Positions 55,048-64,000 of a stretch of 64,000 nt of DNA are shown here, one piece after another. The translations under genes and the position numbers were made by a program. The DNA is from Parcubacteria group bacterium Gr01-1014_8 (lineage in GTDB: Bacteria > Patescibacteriota > Minisyncoccia > Phycocordibacterales > UBA2100), in contig VMGC01000001.1 in assembly GCA_007376385.1 (NCBI GenBank), forward strand, positions 128,001 to 192,000, read 5' to 3'. Each line of letters opens with the position of its first letter. Position 1 is the first letter of the stretch. The notes below the pieces were generated by a model that ran no database searches, had not been told where the DNA came from, and worked only from the letters and a program-made list of their open reading frames with translations.

Positions 55048-58000
55048 ATGAGTTTAACAACAAAGAATATCGCGACAGTGTTCGTAGGCTTGGGCCTCGT
55101 CCTTGCGCTTTCGTTTGCAGTCGTCACACCGGCGAAAGCAGACATGCTCTCGGATCTTCAGGCACAAGTACAGGCACTGCTCGCACAAATTGCAATGCTT
55201 TCAGGTGGTACAACCACCGGCGGCTCATGCAACACGTTCACGCGTACTCACCAGATGGGTGATTCAGGCGGGGAGGTGATGTGGGTCCAGCAATTCCTTA
55301 ACAGTCATGGTTCCCAGGTATCGGCAACGGGTGCCGGTTCTCCTGGCAATGAATCATCGTACTACGGCGCAAAGACGAAGGCGGCGGTCGCTAAGTGGCA
55401 GGCTGCAAACGGAGTCGCTCCGGCAGCAGGTTACTGGGGTCCGATAACTCGGGCTAAGGCGAACTCGATGTGCGTAAGCACGCCGGGCATACCAGGTGTT
55501 CCGGGCGTCCCAGTGACTGGAAACGGTCTCAAGGTCATGCTCGCATCTGATTCACCGACAAACACAGCGTTGGTCCAGGGACAAGCGATCGCAGAACTTG
55601 CAAAGTTCACGTTCTCGAACCCAACGGGTTCCGAGATCACGGTCACCAACCTCGGCTTCAAGCGTGTTGGCGTGTCGTCTGATTCGACGCTCGCAAACGT
55701 CTACCTCTTCCAGGGGAAGAAGCGCATTACCGATTCCGCTGGAGTCAGTAACACAGCGTTCAACTTCAACGATCCGTCGGGGATCTTCAAGGTACCCGCG
55801 GGTGGCATGGTCACGATCTCTGTCAGCTCGGATATTGCTGCGTCTACGAACGGTCAGCAGGTGGGCGCACAGTTGGTATCGATAGCGTCGTCAGGAGTCC
55901 TCGACTCTTCCGTCGTGCTTCCGATCACCGGCTCGTCGCTCCTCATTTCTTCAGCGACACTCGCGACTGTAGACTTCAACACGACAACGACTCCTGCAGC
56001 GAATACTAACCTGACTCCCCAGAACGATTATCCGCTCTGGCAGAACAACGTCTCGATTGGTACGCGCGCGGTCTGGTTGCAGTCGTTCCAACTTCGTAAC
56101 CTCGGCTCTGTCGGGCTCAACGACATCAGAAACTTCCGTCTCTATGTAGACGGCGTTCAAATCGGTGCGACAATTCCGAACATGTCAGCGGGTGAGGCTT
56201 CCGTTGCATGGGATCTCTCGGCTACCCCGCTCCGTTTGGAAACGGGTACTCGTGTCGTCAAGGTAGTCGCCGACATTGTTGGCGGCTCAAGCCTAACAGC
56301 TCAGCTTTCTCTTCGACGCGCAGCAGACGCTCGTGTCGTCGACACTGAACTTGCTCAGCCTATTCTTGCGACGGCGAATGGAAGTGCATTCTCCGCTCGT
56401 ACGTCAGGTCTGCAGACTATCGGTGCTGCGGCAGTCTCGGTCACGAAGGCGAACACCTCGCAATCGTCGAACGTTGCTGTTGGCGCGTCTAACGTTAAGT
56501 GGGCAACCTTCGAAGTCCGCGCTTCTGGCGAGGACGTGAAGATCGAGTCCCTCGACGTTCAGGCGAATACCTCGCTCGATCGAGGCCTCGACAACGGTAA
56601 AGTGTTCGTCAACGGCGTGCAGGTCGGATCCACCAAGGATCTTACCGACGCGACAGACGTGAACTTTACCTTCGGCTCATCCTTCATCGCGAAGGCGGGC
56701 GCAGTCGAGATCGTCGACATCTATGCTGACGCAAAGTCAACAACGGGTGCGGCATTCTCTGACGCTCATACCGCGGCGATCACGCTCGGCACAGGTTCCT
56801 CGAACGCGTTTGGGCAAGTTTCGCTCAACTCAGTGAACGTTCCTGGCTCCGACGTGACGGCGAACACGGTCACCATCTCGTCTTCAAGCCTCACGGCGAC
56901 GAAGTACTCGGGATATGGTAACCAGACGATGATTGCGGGTACGAACAATGCCCGCCTCGGTTCCTTCACACTCTCATCCGGTTCAACGGAAGGCGTGAAC
57001 GTGAACACCATCGTGGTTGACGTCTCATCCGATGAAGCAGCAACGATCACTGACCTCCGGCTCGTGAATCACGCGACGGGCGCTGCGATCGGCACTGCAA
57101 AAGCGTCACCGTCAACGTCCAACTCGTTCTCGGTGAACGTGAACATCCCGGTTTCGTCGACTCTCACGGTTGACGTCATCGGAAACATCAAGTCTGGCTC
57201 GAACGCAGGTTCGTGGATCGCAGACATTGACACTTCTACTGGTGGAACGGGTCTCTCGACGGGCAACTCCGTCACGATCGGAAGCGACCTCTCGCTCCAG
57301 ACCATCACGGTCGGCTCGGGCTCGATCACGGTCACCAGGGACCCAGGCACGCCAGTTAACTCGAACGTCGTTGCAGGTCTATCCAGCGTACACGTTGGTA
57401 AATTCGACTTCGCAGCGGTAAGCTCTTCGTACACAGTGCAAGAACTCAAGGTCAAGGTTCCGGCTGATGCCGCAACCTCGGTCTCGCAGATCACACTGAA
57501 GTACAAGAACTCTGCAGGTGTTGAACAGACGGTCTCGCAGGCGCTTGCGCTCTCTTCGGGCGCTCTGACGCACGCGACCGCGACGTTCACCGGCCTTACG
57601 TTCTTCGTTCCGGAAAACGATTCAGCTGATATCGATGTCTACGTCGACACGCCGACAATTGCTTCAGGTGGTAAATCTGGCGCAGCTATCTCGGTCTTGC
57701 TCGACGGCGACGAGGGCTTCAAAGCGATCGACTCGTCAGGCGCTTCTGACACGACGCTCGCCGGCTCCTCGACAGACGTCAACTCAGCCGCTTCGACCGG
57801 CTACGGCTCGAAGTACTTGAAGAAGACAGTTCCGACCCTTGCTCGTTTGAGCACTGGCTACACGACAAACACGGTGGCCAACGGTACCGGACTGTTCCGC
57901 TTCACAATGACAGCTGACGCTGCAGGTTCGGTGGACTGGAGAGAGATCTCATTCGAGATCACTACTGCAGGCACCGCGACCGACAGCTACAAGACGTGGA

Positions 58001-58404
58001 CACTCCATGACGTCACAGGCACTGCCGTTCAAGTGAACGACACCGCAGTCGACGTTTCGGGCACCACGATTGCAGTCTGTCCTGGCGTCTCATGCGTAAT
58101 CGGTGAAGCACAGCAGATTGGTGCTGGTTCATCGAAGACGTATGAGCTTCGCTCGGGCGCAGTCACTGGTTGGGGTAGTGCTGGAGACTCAATCAGCATT
58201 AACTTCACTGAGGACTCCAACGATCCTATTACGAACGCAGCCGCATCCAGCCTCCACTCGGGAGATGCCTTTGTCTGGTCTGATCGCTCCGCGAACAGCC
58301 ACACCACGACAACGACTGACTGGACGAACGGTTACCTCGTGAAGGACGTGGACAACGACACTCGCCAGTGTCAGTTCGGAACAGCGACAACCTGTACTCC
58401 GTAA
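55048..58404 (+). CDS. Giant secreted surface (S-layer-like) protein, 1118 aa. It has an N-terminal coiled-coil, a peptidoglycan-binding domain and many beta-repeat domains.
   Basis: The signal peptide is MSLTTKNIATVFVGLGLVLALSFAVVTPAKA. The coiled-coil is LSDLQAQVQALLAQIAML. The PG_binding_1-like region is GDSGGEVMWVQQFLNSHG...GAKTKAAVAKWQAANGVAPAAGYWGPITRA. A long Thr/Ser/Val-rich repeat region follows. Confidence 0.65.
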   Translation: MSLTTKNIATVFVGLGLVLALSFAVVTPAKADMLSDLQAQVQALLAQIAMLSGGTTTGGSCNTFTRTHQMGDSGGEVMWVQQFLNSHGSQVSATGAGSPGNESSYYGAKTKAAVAKWQAANGVAPAAGYWGPITRAKANSMCVSTPGIPGVPGVPVTGNGLKVMLASDSPTNTALVQGQAIAELAKFTFSNPTGSEITVTNLGFKRVGVSSDSTLANVYLFQGKKRITDSAGVSNTAFNFNDPSGIFKVPAGGMVTISVSSDIAASTNGQQVGAQLVSIASSGVLDSSVVLPITGSSLLISSATLATVDFNTTTTPAANTNLTPQNDYPLWQNNVSIGTRAVWLQSFQLRNLGSVGLNDIRNFRLYVDGVQIGATIPNMSAGEASVAWDLSATPLRLETGTRVVKVVADIVGGSSLTAQLSLRRAADARVVDTELAQPILATANGSAFSARTSGLQTIGAAAVSVTKANTSQSSNVAVGASNVKWATFEVRASGEDVKIESLDVQANTSLDRGLDNGKVFVNGVQVGSTKDLTDATDVNFTFGSSFIAKAGAVEIVDIYADAKSTTGAAFSDAHTAAITLGTGSSNAFGQVSLNSVNVPGSDVTANTVTISSSSLTATKYSGYGNQTMIAGTNNARLGSFTLSSGSTEGVNVNTIVVDVSSDEAATITDLRLVNHATGAAIGTAKASPSTSNSFSVNVNIPVSSTLTVDVIGNIKSGSNAGSWIADIDTSTGGTGLSTGNSVTIGSDLSLQTITVGSGSITVTRDPGTPVNSNVVAGLSSVHVGKFDFAAVSSSYTVQELKVKVPADAATSVSQITLKYKNSAGVEQTVSQALALSSGALTHATATFTGLTFFVPENDSADIDVYVDTPTIASGGKSGAAISVLLDGDEGFKAIDSSGASDTTLAGSSTDVNSAASTGYGSKYLKKTVPTLARLSTGYTTNTVANGTGLFRFTMTADAAGSVDWREISFEITTAGTATDSYKTWTLHDVTGTAVQVNDTAVDVSGTTIAVCPGVSCVIGEAQQIGAGSSKTYELRSGAVTGWGSAGDSISINFTEDSNDPITNAAASSLHSGDAFVWSDRSANSHTTTTTDWTNGYLVKDVDNDTRQCQFGTATTCTP

Positions 58405-58593
58405 TGTCCTAACCCTCGGGCACACCTTTCGGCGCTTCACATGAAGTTGCCGGAAGCACAAGCCTCCAGCTGGGGAATTCGGCCCAGCAAAGCAAGCCCT
58501 CGGAGAGAAATCTCCGGGGGTTTTGCTTTTGAAAACCTGTCAGATGCAGCGCGGTTTTTGGTTGCGCGGAAGATGGTGTATACTTTTCTACCT

Positions 58594-59289
58594 ATGGAAA
58601 ATTCGAATAAAAACGTGCGGATCGGCATTATTGTAACGATTATTGCGATCATCGGACTAGGGCTTTGGTATTACTCGCAAAACCAGAATCCGCTTCCCGT
58701 TCAATCGGGAGACTCAATCGAATCGTGGAATTTCCAAGGTTCTTATAACGACGATGGTCCTAATGAGCAAAAAGCGAGAGATGAAATTGCGCGTCTTGAA
58801 GAAGGGCTCAAAGATGCAGAAACAGAGCCGACGGACTACGCGCTTTATGTATCGCTCGCGAACCAGTACACGCTCCTGGGAGACGGAAAAGCGGCGTACG
58901 AGAATCTCGGGCGAGCGGTAGAGATCGATTCAGAGAAAACAGGTATGGCTTGGCATAATATGGGCGCCTTGATGGAACGCCTCGGCGCATTTGAGACGGC
59001 GCGGGTGGCGTATGGAAAGGCTGTTGCCGCACAGCCCCATCTCGATATCTACCACTTGGCGAATCTCGAATTTCTGATGAAGCACTTCCCGGACGATGTA
59101 GAAGCGATCGAAGATGCGTTTGATGCGAGTGAAAAGCAGTTCAACGCTCCTGCGCCGACGCTGCAGTTAAAAATTCAATGGCTCGAAAGTGTGGGAAGAG
59201 CGGATGAAGCGGAAAACTTGAGGGGCCAGATGAAAGCTGCCCCAGAAACAAGTGGCGAGCCAGAGAGCAATGTGATAACTGTCGAGTAA
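58594..59289 (+). CDS. TM-anchored TPR-repeat protein.
   Basis: An alternative start lies at 58573. The TM segment is IGIIVTIIAIIGLGLWYY. TPR-like helices follow (YVSLANQYTLLGDGKAAYENLGRAVEID). Confidence 0.5.
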   Translation: MENSNKNVRIGIIVTIIAIIGLGLWYYSQNQNPLPVQSGDSIESWNFQGSYNDDGPNEQKARDEIARLEEGLKDAETEPTDYALYVSLANQYTLLGDGKAAYENLGRAVEIDSEKTGMAWHNMGALMERLGAFETARVAYGKAVAAQPHLDIYHLANLEFLMKHFPDDVEAIEDAFDASEKQFNAPAPTLQLKIQWLESVGRADEAENLRGQMKAAPETSGEPESNVITVE

Positions 59290-59290
59290 T

Positions 59291-61510
59291 ATGGGGCGAG
59301 GCGTAGAGCGGATGGTGTCGTGGATGTTGCTACTTCCAGCGGCGCTTCCTCTTATCTACATTAGCGGGCTTTTGTACCCGTACGTTGCGCCGAAGACGCT
59401 CCTACTCCGTTCACTCGCCATCGTCTTAGCCGCGCTTTTCGCTTTTCTTATCCTCTCAAATCGGCCGCTCTATTGGCAGAGGCTGCGGCAGAAAGGCACG
59501 TGGCTTCCCAGCGCACTTCTCGTCGTCGCGTATGTCACGTCGTACTTTGGGATCGATTTCTACCACAGCTTCTGGTCAATCTTTGATCGCGGCGATGGGC
59601 TACTAACCCTTACCGCGCTCGCCCTGTTTTTCTACGGCACGCTTTTGTACGCGGATGCGCCCCTCTTTCGGCGTCTCCACGTTTTTGTCGTGTGGACTGC
59701 ATCGCTCGTCGCCCTGTATGCGCTCCTGCAATGGCTGCAGGCGGCGCTCGGAGTCGATCTGCCCCTCATTTCAGAGCCGCGTGGCAGGTTTGGCTCCACG
59801 TTCGGGAATGCTGCGTACCTCGCGAGCTATCTGGGGCTCACGCTCTTTCTCACGATCGGACTCCTTTGCGAAAACTTTGGGCCGCGTGACGTTACAAGGA
59901 GAAATGCGCTATACATTGGTCTCGCACTCCACATTCTCGCGATACTACTCGCCGCGACGCGCGGCACGTTGCTTGCGCTCGCATTCGTATCTGCCCTCAC
60001 GCTTCTGTATTTCTCGTGGCTGGGCAGCGGGCGGATACGGATCTACTCGCGAGCTGCAATCGCCATCGGACTTGTTGCCGCCGGTTTATTTTTCATGTTC
60101 CGCGCGCAGTTTGCACAGGTGCCAATAGAATTCGTGAGCCGCGTGGCGACGATTTCTTTACGCGATGCGACGGTTGAGAGCCGCCTGTTTATCTGGCGCA
60201 ACATGATCACCGAAAGCCTGCATAGTCCGTTTATGGGATACGGCGCAGAGCATATCGATGTTTTGTTCAATCGCTTCTATGATCCGGTGGCGATTGTCGA
60301 GCAATGGTTCGATCGCTCGCACAACGCGTTCTTTGATTATCTTATCCAGTATGGTTTTGCCGGCCTTCTGCTCTATGTAGGTCTCATCGTGTCGTTTGGC
60401 TACACAGCATATAGGCGATTTGTGCGCGGGGACAAGAACGCGGGTCTCTTAATTCTACTTGCGATTACGTATGCGATTCAAAATGTCTTTGTGTTTGACA
60501 CCGCCTCGACGCTCTGGCTTTTCCTTATATTGTTCGCAGGAATGTTTATTTCTGATCAACGGGCGACGGGGTCTCAGCGCATCCCGAGATTGCCTCGCTA
60601 CACTCCAGCTGCGATCTCGCTGTCTATACTTGTACTTCTCTTTCCTGTTTCAATCCAGCCTCTTCGCGCTAATCTGTATCTCGCGGAAGGATACCTCTAT
60701 CATGTCGTAGATATCGATCGAGCTACCGCCGCGTTAGAGAAGGGGCTCGCGCTCGGCACATATGCTGATCTTGAATATGGGTACCAGGAATATCAAATGT
60801 ATATTGAGCAGCAGCAAACTATGCTTGAGGGGGATAATCGCGTTAAAGCATATCGATTTGCGGTAAACACACTTGGCAATAATGCCGATAGGTATCCGTA
60901 CGACGCGCGTACGCTTACGTATCTTGGGCACGTCTTGAACGACGTGCCGCCCGAGATAGAGGCAAACGAAGATGAGGTGCGCCACGTGCTCGCGCGTGCG
61001 ATAGAGCTGACGCCAAAGAGATTGCAGCCGTGGTACCTCTTAGCGAACGTCGACATAAAGAAAGCGGACGCCATGTCTCCCGGGAAAGCTCGCGATGAAC
61101 TGTACTTGAGGGGGATAGAAACGCTTAAGGAATATGCTGTTGTCGTGCCGAATTCCGCGGAGCCGCGCTTCATCATTGCGACTTTGTATCAGGTAGTGGG
61201 CGATCGCGACGAGGCTAGAAAGTGGGCAGACGAAGGGCTGCCGCTGTATAAGCGGGATCATAATGTTGCAAAACGTGCAGCACGGTACTACGTAACGGCA
61301 GAAGATTGGGGGAATGCACGCTTCTTTTTGCAAGAGCTTACCGAAATTGATTCGAGCGACTATGAAGTCATGTACGATCTTGCCAAAGCCGAATTTCTAA
61401 ACGGCAACGTCGAAGAAGCAGTGCGCATCGTCGAAAGGCTGCGTGTCGATTCCCCCGGCCTTGTCGAAACCGACCCCGCATTTTTGTCCGCTTTAGAGGG
61501 AGGGGAGTGA
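59291..61510 (+). CDS. O-antigen ligase (Wzy_C) family membrane protein with a C-terminal TPR domain.
   Basis: At least 10 TM helices are present. The Wzy_C motif is RSHNAFFDYLIQYGFAGLLLYVGLIV. C-terminal TPR repeats follow. Confidence 0.7.
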   Translation: MGRGVERMVSWMLLLPAALPLIYISGLLYPYVAPKTLLLRSLAIVLAALFAFLILSNRPLYWQRLRQKGTWLPSALLVVAYVTSYFGIDFYHSFWSIFDRGDGLLTLTALALFFYGTLLYADAPLFRRLHVFVVWTASLVALYALLQWLQAALGVDLPLISEPRGRFGSTFGNAAYLASYLGLTLFLTIGLLCENFGPRDVTRRNALYIGLALHILAILLAATRGTLLALAFVSALTLLYFSWLGSGRIRIYSRAAIAIGLVAAGLFFMFRAQFAQVPIEFVSRVATISLRDATVESRLFIWRNMITESLHSPFMGYGAEHIDVLFNRFYDPVAIVEQWFDRSHNAFFDYLIQYGFAGLLLYVGLIVSFGYTAYRRFVRGDKNAGLLILLAITYAIQNVFVFDTASTLWLFLILFAGMFISDQRATGSQRIPRLPRYTPAAISLSILVLLFPVSIQPLRANLYLAEGYLYHVVDIDRATAALEKGLALGTYADLEYGYQEYQMYIEQQQTMLEGDNRVKAYRFAVNTLGNNADRYPYDARTLTYLGHVLNDVPPEIEANEDEVRHVLARAIELTPKRLQPWYLLANVDIKKADAMSPGKARDELYLRGIETLKEYAVVVPNSAEPRFIIATLYQVVGDRDEARKWADEGLPLYKRDHNVAKRAARYYVTAEDWGNARFFLQELTEIDSSDYEVMYDLAKAEFLNGNVEEAVRIVERLRVDSPGLVETDPAFLSALEGGE

Positions 61511-61687
61511 GTTCATTTCTGGGTGCCTACTGCTACAGGATAGGTCAGACTTATCCCCAACGCGGGGTTGGAATTGAGGGGAGTTTCGAGTGCCGGTGTA
61601 TACTGCAGTTGTCAGGCGTGTGCACTGCACCGTTCTGTTGGGAGTCGATTTAATTTAGCATAATTCCTATCAATGGTATCTGAAGAT

Positions 61688-62548
61688 ATGAAGAATCTCA
61701 CATTTATTAAGGATGGTGGGTGGCTTTCGATGACCATTGCGGTTGTTGTTGGCGTGTTTGCGGTTGTAGGGCTTGTTCAAGCAGCGACGACGATCTCAAC
61801 CAATGTAAGCACGGACGGCAACTTATCTGTTACCGGAACTGCGTCAGTGACCGGCCTTACGACGCTCGGTCAGGCCTCTTCAACGAGGTTGTCGGTGACA
61901 GACACGGCATACTTTGGCGGCACAGCAACGACGACCATTACATCCGCAGGTAACGTCAGTGTCGCAGGCACGCTCACGGTTACCGGGGCGGGCACCCACA
62001 CCGGTCTTGCCTCGTTCGTCCAGGCATCCTCGACGCGATTCTCGGTATTCGATACGGCATATTTTGGCGGGTCGGCAACATCGACGTTCTCGTCCACGGG
62101 TGCTCTAACGCTTATTACCGATCTAACACTCCAAAATGGTGAGGTTATCTCAAATAGCACCAATGGGACCGTTTCGATTGGAGGTGCAAGCGACATACTA
62201 AAGATTCTTGGCACCGCAAGTACATCGGCTCTTAAAGTTGGGGACGAGCCGGCAGCTCCTACCATTAACGGTATGGTTATCGGCTACTGTTCGTTCTCGG
62301 ATGTGGCGAGCTTTACGGCTTCCACGACAAAATATTTCGATTGCACAACAACGCCGGCTGGCGCGCTCATTTCTGGAGATCGGGTCTTTGTGCAGGCTAC
62401 GAGTTCCTTTGATTCGCCTTTCATTATTCAGGCTGCGTCAACGACTGGCGTAAGCACGATCAATCTGCGGGTCTTGAATACCGGAATGGACGGTGCAGCG
62501 GACACAACCCTCGGCGGTACCTCGATTAACTTCTGGGCTGTTCGCTAA
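61688..62548 (+). CDS. Secreted/anchored Thr/Ser-rich repeat surface protein; hypothetical.
   Basis: The product starts MKNLTFIKDGGWLSMTIAVVVGVFAVVGL. Two ~45-aa repeats are present (LSVTDTAYFGGTATTTI / FSVFDTAYFGGSATSTF). Confidence 0.45.
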   Translation: MKNLTFIKDGGWLSMTIAVVVGVFAVVGLVQAATTISTNVSTDGNLSVTGTASVTGLTTLGQASSTRLSVTDTAYFGGTATTTITSAGNVSVAGTLTVTGAGTHTGLASFVQASSTRFSVFDTAYFGGSATSTFSSTGALTLITDLTLQNGEVISNSTNGTVSIGGASDILKILGTASTSALKVGDEPAAPTINGMVIGYCSFSDVASFTASTTKYFDCTTTPAGALISGDRVFVQATSSFDSPFIIQAASTTGVSTINLRVLNTGMDGAADTTLGGTSINFWAVR

Positions 62549-62588
62549 AGTAATGTAGCTGGATTATTATCAGCACAGCGAACTGTTC

Positions 62589-63578
62589 ATGAAGAAGATT
62601 CTCAAAGGAATAGCGTTCGCCCTTCTGATACCTGGGCTTGCCGTTGCCGCGTTTAATGATGTCACGCTAACCACTGACGTCGTTCTCTCGAGCAATAGCA
62701 TTTCGCTTTCCGTGTATGGCTCCAGCGCAGTGTTGGAGTCGATTGAAGTTGGTAGTGGGAGTTTTACGGTGACAATGCCCAGCGGTTCATCCATAGAAGT
62801 GCGTTCCACAGATCGTAAGGTCATTGAAGTGAGTAACGCTAGTTACATCACGACCAATGTCTGCAGCACAAGCGAATCACGCGTGAGGCTTGAGAACTCG
62901 GGCACGACCGCCACAATTACGGTGACGCCCTCAAGCAGTACCTGCATAGGTTCTGCGAACACGGCAAGTGGCGGCGGAGGCGGAGGTCCGGCTCCTCAAT
63001 GTGAAGACAGTATCGATAACGACAAGGATGGGCTGATAGACATAAAAGATCCAGGCTGTGAAAATGCAGCTGATACCGATGAGACAAATTCGGCTGCTGC
63101 AACCACAGGTACTGCTACCACCACTGTACCAATTGCGACAAGCGCCGCGACAACTACTCTGACAATAAGCACACAAGCAGCGATTTCGACGCAGACGAAT
63201 CAGACTTCTGCAGCGGTGAGTGCGCTTGTTGCGCAATTGAAGACGCTTATTGCTCAGTTAAAAGCGCTCGGCGGCACTGTTTCTCCGAGCCTTGAGGCGA
63301 CAGTGAGCGCGCTTGAGGGTGGGGCCACGCTCCCCGGCGCGACATTTACGCGTGATCTGAAACTCGGCTCGACCGGGGCAGATGTGAAAGCGCTCCAGGT
63401 GTGGCTGAATGCGAATGGATATATGGTATCAGCATCGGGTCCCGGTTCAGTTGGGAATGAGACAATGATGTTCGGTTCGGCTACACGCGCGGCGCTCATT
63501 AAATTCCAAAAGGCAAAAGGCATTACGCCTGCAGCCGGATATTTTGGACCGAAGACTCGCGCAGCATTAGGGATGTAA
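62589..63578 (+). CDS. Secreted protein with a C-terminal peptidoglycan-binding (PG_binding_1) domain.
   Basis: The signal peptide is MKKILKGIAFALLIPGLAVAA. The coiled-coil is VSALVAQLKTLIAQLKAL. The C-terminal domain is GADVKALQVWLNANGY...GSATRAALIKFQKAKGITPAAGYFGPKTRAAL. Confidence 0.6.
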   Translation: MKKILKGIAFALLIPGLAVAAFNDVTLTTDVVLSSNSISLSVYGSSAVLESIEVGSGSFTVTMPSGSSIEVRSTDRKVIEVSNASYITTNVCSTSESRVRLENSGTTATITVTPSSSTCIGSANTASGGGGGGPAPQCEDSIDNDKDGLIDIKDPGCENAADTDETNSAAATTGTATTTVPIATSAATTTLTISTQAAISTQTNQTSAAVSALVAQLKTLIAQLKALGGTVSPSLEATVSALEGGATLPGATFTRDLKLGSTGADVKALQVWLNANGYMVSASGPGSVGNETMMFGSATRAALIKFQKAKGITPAAGYFGPKTRAALGM

Positions 63579-63760
63579 ATCGGCCCTTTCGAGACCGCAG
63601 GGCGTTTGCCGATTTCTGGCTCCTCGGCTCGGAGATGCAAAAACTGAGTTTTTCTATCTCGCTCGTTCTACGTCGCCAGTAAGAAAAGTAGAGCGTGTAT
63701 AATGCACAGTTTTGAAACAGCGGCGCCCTTTGGGCGCCGCTGTTCTCATATAATGTCAAG

Positions 63761-64000
63761 GTGAAGCGGATCGAGACATGTATTTCTGCATGTGCCGCGT
63801 TCTTTATTTTCTACGCGACTTGTTTTTCGGTTGCATCAGCATTAGAAAGTCCGAAACAGATCGGTTATTTCTGCGATCCAGATACGCAAAGTATTGTTGA
63901 GGGACAGTATTATCTGCCGCAGCAGAACGTATGCGTCTATCAATCGTCAAGCATTGGCGGGTCCGGAATTTTCCGCGTAGGCGACATGTATCGCGGTACG
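63761..64000 (+). CDS. Partial CDS truncated by the window end: secreted hypothetical protein.
   Basis: The start is GTG at 63761. The product is VKRIETCISACAAFFIFYATCFSVASALE... (signal peptide). There is no stop before position 64000. It is preceded by a TGTATAAT box at about 63693 and a hairpin at 63711-63745. Confidence 0.35.
   Translation, partial: MKRIETCISACAAFFIFYATCFSVASALESPKQIGYFCDPDTQSIVEGQYYLPQQNVCVYQSSSIGGSGIFRVGDMYRGT

Noticed and set aside
61688-61790. Possible type IV prepilin signal at the N-terminus of the 61688 protein.
   Set aside because: The N-terminus (MKNLTFIKDGGWLSMTIAVVVG...) lacks the G/FTLIE class-III signal-peptide motif. The same holds for the three Cys-rich secreted proteins, which have SPase-I-type signal peptides.
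1-64000. CRISPR arrays, rRNA genes, transposases/integrases, restriction-modification or other known defence systems.
   Set aside because: No regularly spaced direct repeats, no rRNA-like conserved stretches and no transposase/integrase/Cas/methyltransferase-like ORFs were seen on either strand. The only toxin-antitoxin module is hicBA.

Overview
The window is a 64-kb chromosomal segment whose gene content and organisation resemble a Candidate Phyla Radiation (Patescibacteria/Parcubacteria-like) bacterium. GC is about 50%, and TGA is used as a stop codon, so the standard bacterial code applies. Coding is dense and mostly on the + strand.

Core genes present include polA, a holA-like gene, ruvA, ruvX, recO, recA (with a recX-like gene), ftsK, ssb and efp. 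Four aminoacyl-tRNA synthetases sit within 14 kb (argS, ileS, glyS, metG). Also present are tmk, tatD, secE-nusG-rplK, rpsT, rplS, rpsF-ssb-rpsR, a MurE-like ligase and a SpoU methyltransferase.

A monoderm-type type IV pilus set is split in two: pilB is truncated at the left edge, and pilM-pilN-pilO plus a translationally coupled small ORF sit at 18.8-21.3 kb. Seven tRNA genes are present (Lys-TTT, Arg-GCG, Ser-TGA, Arg-TCT, Val-TAC, Leu-GAG, His-GTG). CPR-typical envelope proteins include a lamin-tail-domain protein, an HTTM protein, giant surface proteins with peptidoglycan-binding domains, and an O-antigen-ligase/TPR protein.

Accessory and unusual content:
- A conserved ~170-nt element occurs twice, directly 3' of tRNA-Lys and of tRNA-Val. 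Each copy ends in a duplicate of that tRNA's T-loop-to-discriminator segment and shares 48 nt of identical core motifs, with hairpins between the cores that differ in sequence but keep their pairing.
- Four free-standing homing endonucleases (two HNH, two LAGLIDADG) each sit immediately 5' of a co-oriented tRNA gene.
- An AT-rich islet carries a hicBA toxin-antitoxin pair.
- Three paralogous secreted Cys-rich proteins have Gly/Pro/Gln low-complexity linkers.
- The IleRS carries an inserted histidine-phosphatase-like domain of about 200 aa.
- A 760-bp ORF-free region lies upstream of a giant S-layer-like gene.

No CRISPR array, rRNA, transposase or integrase ORF was found. Coordinates of RNA features and refined start codons were counted by hand and may be off by 1-2 nt.
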